From NCBI RefSeq assembly GCF_963921235.1, contig NC_086097.1:47928001-47992000 (forward strand): a DNA stretch of 64,000 bases, read 5' to 3'. This document shows positions 1 through 11,046 of the stretch, in pieces. This DNA is from Mobula hypostoma. Its lineage: Eukaryota. Below the pieces are notes generated by a model. That model saw only the letters and a program-made list of their open reading frames with translations, was not told the DNA's origin and did no database searches. The stretch's first letter is position 1, and the number at the start of each line of letters is the position of its first letter. A program made the translations under genes and the position numbers.

Positions 1-1220
1 GCTCCTTACTGTTAATAATTTCTCCTCATTCTAGGAGGAGGGAGATGTCTTCCTTTTTTAAAGAAAGGGGCTTCCCTTCCTCCACTATCAACTCTGCTCT
101 TAAACGCACCTCCCCCATTTCACGTACATCTGCTCTCACTCCATCCTCCCGCCACCCCACTTGGAATAGGGTTCCCCTGGTCCTCACCTACCACCCCACC
201 AGCCTCCAGGTCCAACATATTATTCTCCGTATCTTCCGCCACCTCCAACGGGATCCCACCACTAAGCACATCTTTCCCTCCCGCCCTCTCTCTGCATTCC
301 GCAGGGATCGCTCCCTATGCAACTCCCTTGTCCATTCGTCCCCCCCATCCCTCCCCACTGATCTCCCTCCTGGCACTTATCCGTGTAAGCGGAACAAGTG
401 CTACGCATGCCCTTACACTTCCTCCCTTACCACCATTCAGGGCCCCAAACAGTCCTTCCAGGTGAGGCAACACTTCACCTGTGAGTCAGCTGGGGTGATA
501 TACTGTGTCCGGTGCTCCCGATGTGGCCTTTTATATATTGGCGAGACCCAACGCAGACTGGGAGACCGCTTTGCTGAACACCTACACTCTGTCCGCCAGA
601 GAAAGCAGGATCTCTCAGTGGCCACACATTTTAATTCCACATCCCATTCCCATTCTGACATGTCTATCCACGGCCTCCTCTACTGTAAAGATGAAACCAC
701 ACTCAGGTTGGAGGAACAACACCTTATATTCCGTCTGGGTAGCCTCCAACCTGATGGCATGAACATCGACTTCTCTAACTTCCGCTAATGCCCCACCTCC
801 CCCTCGTACCCCATCTGTTACTTATTTTTATACACACATTCTTTCTCTCACTCTCCTTTTTCTCTCTCTGTCCCTCTGAATATACCCCTTGCCTGTCCTC
901 TGGGTCCCCCCCCCTTGTCTTTCTTCCCAGACCTCCTGTCCCATGATCCCTTTGTATCCCTTTTGCTTATCACCTGTCCAGCTCTTGGCTCCATCCCTCC
1001 CCCTCCTGTCTCCTCCTATCATTTTGGATCTCGCCCTCCCCCTCCAACTTTCAAATCCCTTACTCATTCTTCCTTCAGTTAGTCCTGACGAAGGGTCTCG
1101 GCCTGAAACGTCAACTGCATCTCTTCCTAGAGATGCTGCCTGGCCTGCTGCGTTCACCAGCAACTTTTATGTGTGTTGCTTGAATTTCCAGCATCTGCAG
1201 AATTCCTGTTGTTTGTGTTT
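1..1220 (+). mobile_element. Penelope-like retroelement (Neptune-like), 3' part with GIY-YIG endonuclease, 3' UTR and tail
   Basis: ORF 45-788: Cys-rich linker [36 protein letters not shown]. Bases 1-26 read LLTVNNFS (RT region) and join directly to HSR..EMSSFF, implying an internal deletion of the RT core relative to the copy at 32613-34610. Confidence 0.9.
1081..1116 (+). ncRNA. Minimal hammerhead ribozyme motif (PLE-borne), one stem I mismatch
   Basis: AGTC-CTGACGA-AGGGTCTCGGCCT-GAAA-C-GTC-AACT. Confidence 0.7.
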
Positions 1221-1387
1221 TTAAAGCTGCTGGCACTCATACAAAATGATACGTGGACGGTAGCAAGGAGTTCAGCAGTCTCACAGCCTGGGGGAAGCTG
1301 TTTCCCACCCTAACAGTTTTTGTCATAATTCTACAGTACCTCCTGCCTGATGGCAGGCAGTCAAAGAGATTGTTGGACAGACGGGAG

Positions 1388-2694
1388 TGTCATGGTCTGG
1401 TCCGTGAAGTCTACATTCCGGTTCATGGTCCAGTCTGTGGACTCAGGACTCTGGATCTTCCAGCTGTCCCTTGTTTCGGTTGGGTTAATCATAGGCACCT
1501 GACTCCCATCTTGGGGCTTGGAATGTAAGTAGCCTAGGGGTTGAGTGTGGGCTGCTGGTTTGTCTTGTCAAGATCCCCTGGGAGCAACCTGCCGGAGGAA
1601 GGCTGGAGCAGCCACTTGCCATCTTTAGGCCGCGTTGGAGAAGCATCGCTTCATGGAGCCTTGCTGTCGGTAGTCGGAGCGGTCCTTGCGGTATGGATTC
1701 GGCCGTTTCCTGGGCCAGCTGAGGGGCCATCAGCCACTCCGAGATAGGTAGGGATCCGGCTGTTTCCATAGCCAGCTGAGATTGCTGGCCGTAACTGTGA
1801 CTCAGAGCAACCCCAATGCAGAGATAGAACTGTCTGTCATTCTTCGGTGTTTGTCTCTTCTTGTCCTCGCCTCCGTGGGGTAAGTCAGGCCATTCTGCAG
1901 TTGCCCTGCGGGGGGATCTGTCTTGTCTTGTCTTTGCCTCTGTTGGGTAAGTCCGGCCATTCTGCCGTTACCCGATGGATGGACCTGTCTCACCTTGATG
2001 TGGAGATAAAGTTGAGTCCCGGTTTGTCTTAGGATAAGTCCAGGCTCTATTTCTATGTACTGTCCAGTCTCATGTTAGTGTCGTGTTAAAGGTGAGTCCT
2101 GGCTATTCAAAGGATAAATCCTGGCTCTATGTTAATGTACAGTTCCCAGTCTGTCTCCGAGCTCCAGCCTCCGAGTTATCAGCTTCCACATTCCAAGACC
2201 CCAGCTTCCAGCCTCAAGCCTCAAGATCCCAGCCTCAAGCCTCAAGCCTCAAGATCCCAGCCTCAAGCCTCAAGACTCAAGACCCCAGCCTCAAGCCACA
2301 AGACTCAAGACCCCAGCCTCAAGCCTCAAGACTCTAGACCCCAGCCATGTCCTGTCCTGTAGCCATGTCATGTCCTTGCCTAGTTCTGGGGTCCGAGCCC
2401 GAGGCAAGACCCAGGTTCTGGGTCCTTGTCCAGTCTCTGGCTCAGAGTCCAAGCACAGGCTCCTAGTTCATGGTTCCTTGTCCTGGTCCCGCTTTCCCAA
2501 ACCCAGGCTCCTAGTCCATAGTTCCTTGTCCAGATTCCCTGTCTAGTCCTTGTCCTAGCCCAAGTCTGTGTTCTTGTCCCTGCTCCTTGTCTGTATCCTG
2601 TCACCTCCTACTCCAGTCAAGTCCTGTTCCTAGTACTTCAGTGTCTATGTTTTGCATTTGGGTCCGTTCCCAGCGCCCCCCCCCCCTTGTGTTA
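1388..2694. mobile_element. Solo LTR-like insertion (~1.3 kb) with 5-bp TSD
   Basis: Begins TGTCATGG, ends TGTGTTA (degenerate TG..CA); flanked by GGGAG at 1383-1387 and 2695-2699; no convincing coding content. Confidence 0.7.
2190..2345 (+). repeat. Minisatellite of 7-bp units (CAAGCCT / CAAGACT / CAAGAYC-CCAGCCT) inside the solo LTR
   Basis: ccagcctcaagcctcaagatcccagcctcaagcctcaagcctcaagatccc... Confidence 0.9.
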
Positions 2695-3575
2695 GGGAGG
2701 GATTATTGACAATGCTAGGGGCCCTGCATTCCTGATAAATATTTCAGAGAGACCCCAATGATCTCAGCAGTCCAAGTCAAATGCCTTGCAATTCCTATAC
2801 CAGATGGTGATGCAGCTGGCCAGGACACTCTCGATGGTAAGCTTGTAAAAGTTGGTTAGAATGGGGGAGGGGGGAGTCTCACTCGCTTCATTCTCATTAG
2901 GAAGTGGAGAAACTGTGTGATTTCTTGAGTAAAGAGGTGGTGTTGAGGGATCAGGTGAGATCATCTATTATATGCACTCTCTAAAACTTGGTGCTCCTAC
3001 CTCCCTTCATGGAGGAGCTGTTTATGTGTAGCAAGCAGTGGTGAACCTGCACCTTTTTTTTGTTTATCTCAACAAAACGTTGTTGATTCCAACCATGTTA
3101 CTACACTGACGCTCGTTTTAAGATCAAAAAAGTCTACATTGAGGCATTCTTCTTGTCACAAAATGCCAAGAAAACTGTCATTGGAGAATCCCTAAATTCT
3201 TCTAGCACTGACTTAATGTCTTTTCAGCGTGGCTCTTACAAGAAACTTGCTGACTCTGCTTAGAAGTTGTTTGGAAGTTGTTCTGTTTTAGTCTTTCTCC
3301 TTTGCATTTACAGTATATTGGATGACTTTTTTAATTTTACATATCTTGAGCAATATGGATTTTCCCCTCAGAAATCCATGTATGTGATTCACAGTCTTGC
3401 CTCATCACTGAAATTTTCACTCTTGCTATAGATGCTGTCAAGTGAACTGAGAATTTGAAGCATTGTTCTTATTAATTTAAAAGACAGGCATTTTACTTCA
3501 AATTTAAAATGTTTGTGAATAAAGTTAATGTTTTTTTTCATTTTTATTAATTTTGATATATATTATGTAAATAAA

Positions 3576-3875
3576 TAGACATCCGTTAGTCTCGTGAGAC
3601 CATAGATTTGCGCCTTGGAAGGTTTCCAGGGTGCAGGCCGGGGCAAGGTTGTATGGAAGACAGGCGGTTGCCCATGCTGCAAGTCTCCCCTCTCCATGAC
3701 ACTGATGTTGTCCAAGGGAAGGGCATTAGGGCCAATACAGCTTGGCACCAGTATCGTCGCAGAGCAATGTGTGGTTAAGTGCCTTGCTCAAGGACAAAAC
3801 ATGCTGTCTCAGCTGAGGCTCGAAATAGTGACCTTCAGATCACTAGACTGATGCCTTAACCACTTGGCCATGCGT
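3576..3875 (-). mobile_element. tRNA-derived SINE
   Basis: Minus strand starts TGGCCAAGTGGTTAAGG (A box) with a degenerate B box, then the conserved gtccttgagcaaggcacttaacc central motif and a LINE-like 3' tail. Confidence 0.75.
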
Positions 3876-4189
3876 TGACACATATTACGTGGTGGCAGGG
3901 AAATCCATATTGGCCTTTAAGTGATTTTTACTGTTGCATTTTTGGGTAATTGTTCTTTTATGACCTTCTGCATTATGCTCATTGTCTCAATTTGTGTTCA
4001 ATTATATCAAGCAAGGTTTTAAATTGTTGAATTAAAAAACAATTAAATGAACTATTATATATTCATCTAAATTTACAGACTTTATTTAATGAATATAAAT
4101 AGACAATAGTTCACAATGAATCTGTGCATCATTGTTATAAAGCAGTGCAAAATTATTGCTCGCATTATACACCAGGGTGCTCTCTTCAG

Positions 4190-4640
4190 TTACCTGATGA
4201 GGTAACCATAGCCTTTGGCCAGGAGCAGATGTCATTAGGTGGTGCCCAACCTTCATAAAGTGTTTTGACTCATAACCACTACACTCTCCTGCTGGTGGTG
4301 GCCAAGCCACTGCCCATCTGCTCTTGAATTGCAGCTCAACTCCTCTCGCCTGCTCCATATCCAGCAAGAAGCACTTTCTGCTTCCACCCCCATCCTGCGA
4401 GCTGCTTGGTTCTTGATCTTTTCATCAAGACCCAGTGCAGACAGCAACGTCCATGCTGACCTTGCCGGAAACCCTCTATTTCCGATCTCCACTGGGAATA
4501 GCCACGTCAGCCATCCTTTGTCCCTGCACTCCTGGACTAAGGACTGGTACTTCAGGGCCTTCCTCTCATGAGCCTCCTTACATCCTTCCTCCCATGGTAC
4601 TGTGAGCACCATCAGGATGATTTTCTTTGTACAGATAAAT
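4190..4640 (-). mobile_element. HERO-like (R2-group, restriction-like endonuclease) non-LTR 3' fragment
   Basis: LTVPWEEGCKEAHERKALKY...FPVEIGNRGF...SASCWIW (ORF 4253-4612). Confidence 0.75.
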
Positions 4641-5529
4641 CCACTCTCTATTTGATGTTAGTTGATGAAGATTTGCATGCAATGGTGCATTTTGGAAGTT
4701 ATGTAACAGAGAAGGAGGTGAAAAACTGGGAGGCAATACAAAGTGGCGGAAGATGGGGGAAGTGGTTTGTCATTGGCAGAAGACTCATGGATGAACTTCA
4801 GTTTATAATGGTGGAGTAAGAGCTAGTAACCAGTAGTGTGTTGCAATGATCTATTCTAGAGGGGTGACATGTGTACATGAAAGAGGGTTTCTGCAGAGGA
4901 GCTGAAGCTTGGATGGATTTTGGCTCATTTATGATGATGGCCAAGGACAGATATGGATAATTGTCCATGTTTGCTGGGTCAAGTAAATGGTCTCATTCAG
5001 CCTCAGGCTTTTGCCAATAATGAGAAGGGAGTTGGTGACTAGAGAACATTTTTTTTAATTGTGGAAATCTAAGACAGTAGTTTCAATCTTTGATATTCAG
5101 ATAGAGGAAATTTTAACTCATCTGGTGCTAATTTTCAAACAGTCTTACCAGTGAGAGAGTAAGGAATGAAAAAGCCCAAAGACAGTGCTGAGTTGAGTGA
5201 TGAGGAAGTTCGGGTTAGCAAGCTGGCTTGCAGTCAGAGTGGGTTACCAAACTGATGATTAGGTACACAGAGACAAGTGGAAGTGAGCCAAAGGGGGATA
5301 GAGGGTCTGAAGAGTACGAGTTATGCAGAATTGATCACAGCAACAGTAAACAATGCATTATAGTTAAAGATTACTATAAATTTGGGGGTGATGGTGAAAT
5401 ATTGGTCAAGCCATGAGCAGTGAAACCCTGGCAAAGAAACCTGACTGCAGTAAAAACTTTCCGATAGGAAAGTCATCAGCTCAGGAGTTGGCAGCTCTTC
5501 AGGAGGGTGGATTGCAAGCTAAACAAAGT

Positions 5530-5633
5530 ACACAAAATTCTGCAGGAAATCAGCAGGCCAGGCAGTACCTATGGAAAAGAGGGAACAGTTGACGTTTAGG
5601 GCCGAGACCCAGATGATGCTTCTCTTGTTTGTG
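5530..5633 (-). mobile_element. Tiny PLE 3'-end insertion with inverted tail remnant and 14-bp TSD
   Basis: aagctaaacaaagt (5516-5529) / aaactaaacaaagt (5634-5647); interior matches the PLE 3' terminus. Confidence 0.7.
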
Positions 5634-5856
5634 AAACTAAACAAAGTTCTATTACAATTTAAGCAACTGCCCAGCAGATACACGACTAAATAGCTGAGCA
5701 TTGCATTTTTGCAGAACACAACAAAGCAGAGGATCTACATAATAAAGACCATAACTAGGTTACATAGAGTCGGACAGCTTGGAAACCGGCCCTGCAAATG
5801 ATTCATGCCAATAAAGTTGCACCATCTAAGCTTGTCCTGTTCGCCGGAATTTAGCC

Positions 5857-8137
5857 CAGTGATTCACAACAGGGGCAGTTACATGTCCTAAGGGAGTGTT
5901 AGGGGAAATAGAATTTGTTGGGGGCATTCCAGATTCTTCGCGGGGGAGGGGGACATTAAGCTGCAACCTAACTTGAGGCACAAGACCTGACTGTTAGTAG
6001 AGCAGACTCTTCCAAAACAAAACGGATGAGGCACTGGAACATAAGAACCAGAGCTCTGTAGGTGGTGAAATAGAGCCAATTAGTAAACCTGCTGACCCCG
6101 AGGATTTCTCTGAGTTGTTCAAAGCGACCTTGGCTTCATATGTGTGGTCAAGAACCATCTTTGAGGATTACCAGACCCTATATGTGCTAACTGGAATAGT
6201 CTAAAGGTAGCTTGCCGAATACCAGTCCTATCCCAACTGACCCTCAGATTCCAATCTGAATCCCTGTCAATGTAATGTTCACTGTTGTGATTGTCTTCAC
6301 CTTTGCCTCGCCGTTCCTTTACATGCTGCTACTGTCATTCCATCCATGTCAACAGACTGCCGTTGATGTTAACCGATAGGCATTCCCAGCTTGTGTTAAT
6401 TTTAAATTTTAATTTAGCCCCATTAATGATGGATAAATACGTACAGTGCAATCTCTGTGTCCGAAGGCAGTGAAGCCTTGAATTTTAATCCTGCTAGGAA
6501 ATAGAAACTACAGAAAGTGCATCAATAAAATGTTACATACCTGGAATGTGGTTTTATTCCATTCCCGTCAGATTAGTGATGCCCCATGTGTCTTATTTGT
6601 AATGCTGTACTGTCTAATGAAGCTATGAAACCATCAAAATAAAAGATACCCTGAAAAGGTTACTTATGGTATTACTCAGTTCCAAAAGCTGAAAGAAGCA
6701 AAATTAGTGAGACTTGGAGTATCAACTATGCACAGAGCTACAAAAAACTCAATTTGGGTAACAACTGGATGAGTCAACTGTGCGAGACAATGGAAAAGTT
6801 TATGAAGTGATTCTCTTTTGTTAAAAAGTTAAAAACAAGTGTCAATAGAGAATCAATCTACAATTAGCTCATACTGTATACTGAGGATAAAAGTATTGTG
6901 ATTAGAAACATGATTTCTTGTGCAACAGATGGCGCTCCATATATGACAGGTTGCCATGCGGGTTTAATGGCATTTATGAAAAAAGAAATTTCAAGTCTGT
7001 TTGCCATCCATTTTGTAATTCATCATCAATATTTCACAGCCAAAAACCTCAGCCGGTGACCTTTTTCAAGCATGAATTTTGTAATATCTGCTATCAACAA
7101 AATTAAAGCTCATCCATTAAATAGAATATTTTGCCAGTTATGCCAAAATAATGATGAAGAGTTTGAATGCTTGCTTCTTCACACTGAAGTGCAGTGGCTG
7201 TCAAAAGGCTGCTGCTTAAAACATATATTTGACCTTTTTGACACCGCAGTTGAATTTTTGCTCAAAGTTGACAAGAGCTTGGGAAACAAGATTGAACTTC
7301 TATGTCGAGATGTGACATATCTAACCAATCTGTATGAGAAAATGAACATTTTGAATATGAAACTGCAGGGTGAGAATTTCAATTTAATCTAGGCAAATTG
7401 TGTCCATTTTTATTGAAAAATTGGAAATGTGTAAGCAAAACATTGGGAGAAGAATGTTTTCATAGTTTCCCCGCATGGAAAGTATGGCACTTTCTTTCAC
7501 AGATGGTGATTTGCAAGAGTCCTGCTCACACCTTCAGTCACTGAAGAAGGAGTTTCAGAATGAATTCAAGGATTTGAACGATCTGGAAATACCTAACTGG
7601 GTAATTAACTAATTTCTTTGCAATGTGGAAACACAGGAAGAGAATTTACAAGAAGAAATAATCAAAATTTAGAATGATGAAGAAGAAAAAATACTTTTCA
7701 AAAATGGTGGCTTTTGTGATATGTGACTACATTGTCATACAAAGTTTCCTGGTTTTTGGAGAAGAGCCAAACTGCTCTTCATTGTATTTCCATCCTCCTA
7801 CCTTGTTGAAAGAGGCTTCAGTGCAGTGAATCACATACTCACAAAAAACAGAAACCGCATGTACATTGTTACACGTGGGGACTTAAGGCTTTTGTTGTCA
7901 CAACTTGAACCAGGGATTTCAACTCTTGCTAGTAACCATCAAGCTTAAGGATCACATTGATATTGAAGCTGCTGTACAGTACACATATGGTAGACATGTT
8001 TTTACTCTATGGGGGTGCCAGAGAGTATATCATGCCTGAGAGGGGTGTTGGCAAGTATGAAGATGCTTTATGGGGCTGTTGGCAAGTATGAAAGTGCTTC
8101 AGGGGAAAATGGGCTAAAAAAAGGTTAAGAAACATTG
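5857..8137 (+). mobile_element. hAT (Buster/Charlie-type) DNA transposon, decayed
   Basis: Imperfect terminal inverted repeats (TIRs) cagtgattcacaac / gttaagaaacattg; 8-bp TSD-like atttagcc / gtttagtc with central TA; transposase remnants ATDGAP, LLLHTEVQWLSKG, FPSSYLVERGFSAV with stops and frameshifts; inserted in a CR1 3' end. Confidence 0.8.
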
Positions 8138-8164
8138 GTTTAGTCTGTAACTTTCTAAACCTTT

Positions 8165-8740
8165 CCAAGCCATAAGACACAGGAGCAGAATTAGGCCACT
8201 CAGCCTATTGAGTCTATTCTGCCATTCCATCATGGCTGATCCCAGATCCCCCTCAACCCCATACACCAGCCTTCTTGCCATATCCTTTGATGCTATGACT
8301 GATCAGGAAGTTATCAGTTTCCACCTTAAATATACCCATGGACTTAGCCTCCACTGCAGTCTGTGGCAGAGCATTCCACAGATTTACCACTCACTGGCTA
8401 AAAAAGAAATCCTTCTTACCTTTGTTCTAAAGGGTTGCCCCTCAATTTTGAGGCTGTCACCTCTAGTTCTGAATACTCCCACTATAGGAAACATCCTCTC
8501 CGTACAACTGCTCTATCCAGTCCTTTCAACATCCAGTAGGTTTCAATGAGATACACTGCCCCCCCCCCACGTGGCATTCTTCTAAATTCCAGAGCGTTCA
8601 GGCCCAAAGCTCCCAAATGCTCTTCATATGTTAACCCCTTCATTTCTGGAATCATCCTCGTGAATCTCCTCTGGACTCTCTCGATCCTTTCTGAGATATG
8701 GGGCCCAAAACTGTTGACATTTATCTGTCCAGCAATAATT
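8165..8740 (-). mobile_element. CR1-type LINE 3' fragment
   Basis: Shares the 3' UTR and ORF2 C-terminal sequence with the copies at 12360 and ~40000-40505. Confidence 0.7.
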
Positions 8741-8929
8741 TAAAACATATTATTGTACCTCCCTCTACCAGTTCTTCTGGCATACCACTCTTTGTGTAAA
8801 ACAAAAGTTGCCCCTCAAGTTCCTGTTAAATCTTAGCTCTCACCTTAAACCTGCGCCCTCCAGTTACCTGATTCCATAAATAATAGAGAACGCTGTTACA
8901 CAATAGAATAGCTACATAACAGAGAGCTG

Positions 8930-9780
8930 AATGTGTGATATTTAAGAACAGTATGAACCATAGGAACATCCAAGAACTGAATAGACAGTTATGAGATATG
9001 ATAGGAAGTGAATGCAATTTGTGTCAACAAAGTTTTTTTTAAGTAGTTTCTGATTGGCTAAGTGTGTGGCAACTCATCCAATAAGAGGAAAGCAGTATTA
9101 AGTGGAGGGCTATTTTAGAGCCGCCGTTGTGCCAGTAGCAATTTTAGTGCAGTGATTCTGCATATAGCAAGAAGGCATAGGTGAGAAGCAGGTAAGAATG
9201 AGTGGGATTTTTGCTTTCCTATGGATCTGTGACTTTCGAATTAGTGTAGACAATATGGTAGTGTGGCTAGTGTAATTTTCCTGCTGCAGTATGTGGGAAG
9301 TCAGAGAGTCTCCTGTTGGTACAGTTGGATGCACTCTGGATTATCTGGGAGGCTGAGAGCTTTTGTAAGGTGATCATAACTCGGTGCAGGCTACAGTTAG
9401 ATGTGTGACCACCAGGAGAAGTGAGGGGAGTAGGCAGATGATACAGGGTTCTGCAGAAGAGCGTCAATGGCTGAGAGGAAACCTGATAGAGGCTCTTAAA
9501 TTGAGAGGCAAAAATAGTTTAGATCAGAATTTTTTTCCCCGGGTAGAAATGTCAAACACCATGGGATATGCTTTTAATTTGGGGGAGGGGGAGATTATAA
9601 AGGTGACATGAGGTGGAAGTTTCTTTTAATGCAGAGAATTGTAGGTGCCTGGAGTAGTTTGCCAGGGATAGTAGTGGAAACAGGCAGTTTGGTGGAAGTT
9701 AAGAGACTTTTACATTGGCACATGGATGTGAAAGGAATGGAGGGAAATGGATAATGCACCGAAGGAGGATATTTAAGATA
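8930..9780 (+). mobile_element. CR1-type LINE remnant (5' piece joined to 3' piece)
   Basis: LRGNLIEA, FFPRVEMSNTMG and RIVGAW-like ORF2 C-terminal motifs. Confidence 0.55.
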
Positions 9781-9789
9781 AAATTGGTT

Positions 9790-10190
9790 TTATTTGTCAC
9801 ATTTAAGTGAAATGCATTGTGTGCGTCAAATCAGATCAGCGATAATTGGGCAGTCCGCTATTCTAGCGCCAACATAGCACGTAGACAACTGAAGAGCAAA
9901 TCTGAAGATCCTGGAAATTAAAGCAACACACACAAAATGCTGGAAGAACTCGGCAGGCCAGGCAGCATCTATGGAAAAGAGTAAACAATCGATCTCGGCC
10001 CGAAACGTCGAATGTTTTATTCTTTTCCACATCCACAACTCACTAGCCATAACTGTACGTCTTTGAAATGTGGGAGGAAACCGGAGCACCCGGAAGAAAC
10101 CCACACGGTTACAGGGAAAACCGGCAGCGACAAGAATCCTGACCTGACGCTGTGAAGTGTCGCGTTAACCGCTACGCTGCCGTGCCGCTT
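9790..10190 (-). mobile_element. HE1/V-type tRNA SINE carrying a nested inverted PLE-end insert (~9891-10030)
   Basis: gtgggaggaaaccggagcacccggaagaaacccac V-domain; A-box head gcggcacggcagcgtagcggttaacgcg on the minus strand. Confidence 0.75.
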
Positions 10191-10251
10191 TATCTTGGCA
10201 TACATTAGCATCAAATTCGGCTTATTATACGCCGAATTGTCTTTCTGGTGC

Positions 10252-10389
10252 AATGCACACAAAATGCTGGAGGAACTCAGCAGGTCAGACATCATCGATA
10301 AAAATGAATAAACAGTTGACATTTCGGGTCCTGATGAGGGGTCTCGGCTCGAAATGTCAAGTATTCATTATCTGCAGAATCTCGTGTGT
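10252..10389. mobile_element. Mini inverted PLE-end insertion with hammerhead core and 15-bp TSD
   Basis: TSD ttgtctttctggtgc (10237-10251) / ttgtctttccgatgc (10390-10404); inverted ttgacatttcg / cgaaatgtcaa; core CTGATGA-GGGGTCTCGGCTC-GAAA-T-GTC at 10331-10358. Confidence 0.75.
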
Positions 10390-10674
10390 TTGTCTTTCCG
10401 ATGCTGTGTTGTTCTGTGAAGGACGGATTTAATTTGCAATTGAATGTCCTGTGTCAGAGCTGACTTTTTAAAAGAGAATTAGAAGCTTGGTGTATATTAG
10501 AGTAAGTTTTGCTGTCACAAACTATGATAAGAAACAGTATTACTTGAAAGCAGAATGAATATCTCGCGGTTTAAATTGACTCCGCGATATGTTAGAGACT
10601 AGTCTATCGTGAACAACAGATTCTGTGATACAGATTAGAGTTTTCTAAACACGGGATGTGTGTGCTCTGCACAT

Positions 10675-10760
10675 AGATAAGGGGTGTGGCGGTTGTCTGT
10701 GACGTTGCGCTCTGGCTTGATTGGCTCTGCACACACCACCTCCTTTTCCTTCTCTAGATT
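10675..10760 (+). promoter_or_regulatory. Putative TATA-less ASPG proximal promoter
   Basis: Clustered AGATAA (10675), GGGGTGTGGC GT/KLF box (10681), TGACGT CRE-like site (10700) and inverted CCAAT (ATTGG, 10720) within 100 bp of the ATG, in a locally CpG-rich region (~10100-11400). Confidence 0.5.
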
Positions 10761-10772
10761 GTCCTTGTGCTG

Positions 10773-11046
10773 ATGGCGGAGACCGATGTCGTGCGAAGCT
10801 CGGCTTCGAGTTGTAGCATTTTGTCGCTCTCCAGCGCGCTGTCGAACACCCGGCTCGACTTGCTGGAGTCGGAGTGCTCCCCCAGCACCCTCAGCGGCTT
10901 GCAGATGTCTCGACCGGCTTCTAGCAGCCGGCTGCGCCGAAGCAGCTCCCGCAGCTACAGCGTGGAATCAGCGGACAGCCCAACCGAGGTTCGAGTGCTG
11001 GTGATAAACACCGGAGGAACTATTGGCATGATGTACCGAAATAATG
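10773..11046 (+). CDS. ASPG: ASPG coding exon 1
   Basis: ATG at 10773; [10 protein letters not shown]...[17 protein letters not shown]; donor G|gtgagt, phase 1. The start codon is less certain than the 3' boundary. Confidence 0.88.

Larger units (their letters stand above)
1230..3060 (-). mobile_element. Rex1/Babar-like LINE fragment, split by a solo LTR
   Basis: Minus-strand TNFYKLTIESVLASCITIWYRNC (ORF 2764-2964); host sequence is continuous across the 1388-2694 insert. Confidence 0.6.

Noticed and set aside
828..1224. Recurrent ~100-aa ORFs ([18 protein letters not shown]) here and at 25946-27575
   Set aside because: They are translations of the PLE 3' UTR and hammerhead on both strands; recurrence reflects repeat copies, not a protein family.
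2190..2345. Regular short repeats resembling a CRISPR array or a repetitive protein ORF
   Set aside because: Tandem 7-bp units with no unique spacers, no cas genes and a eukaryotic context; the ORFs are by-products of the minisatellite.
3800..3875. tRNA-like sequence
   Set aside because: SINE head with a degenerate B box and no complete cloverleaf; the same applies to heads near 10150, 32592 and 57885.
10559..10590. Short imperfect inverted repeat upstream of the promoter
   Set aside because: Too short to distinguish from chance in a CpG-rich stretch.
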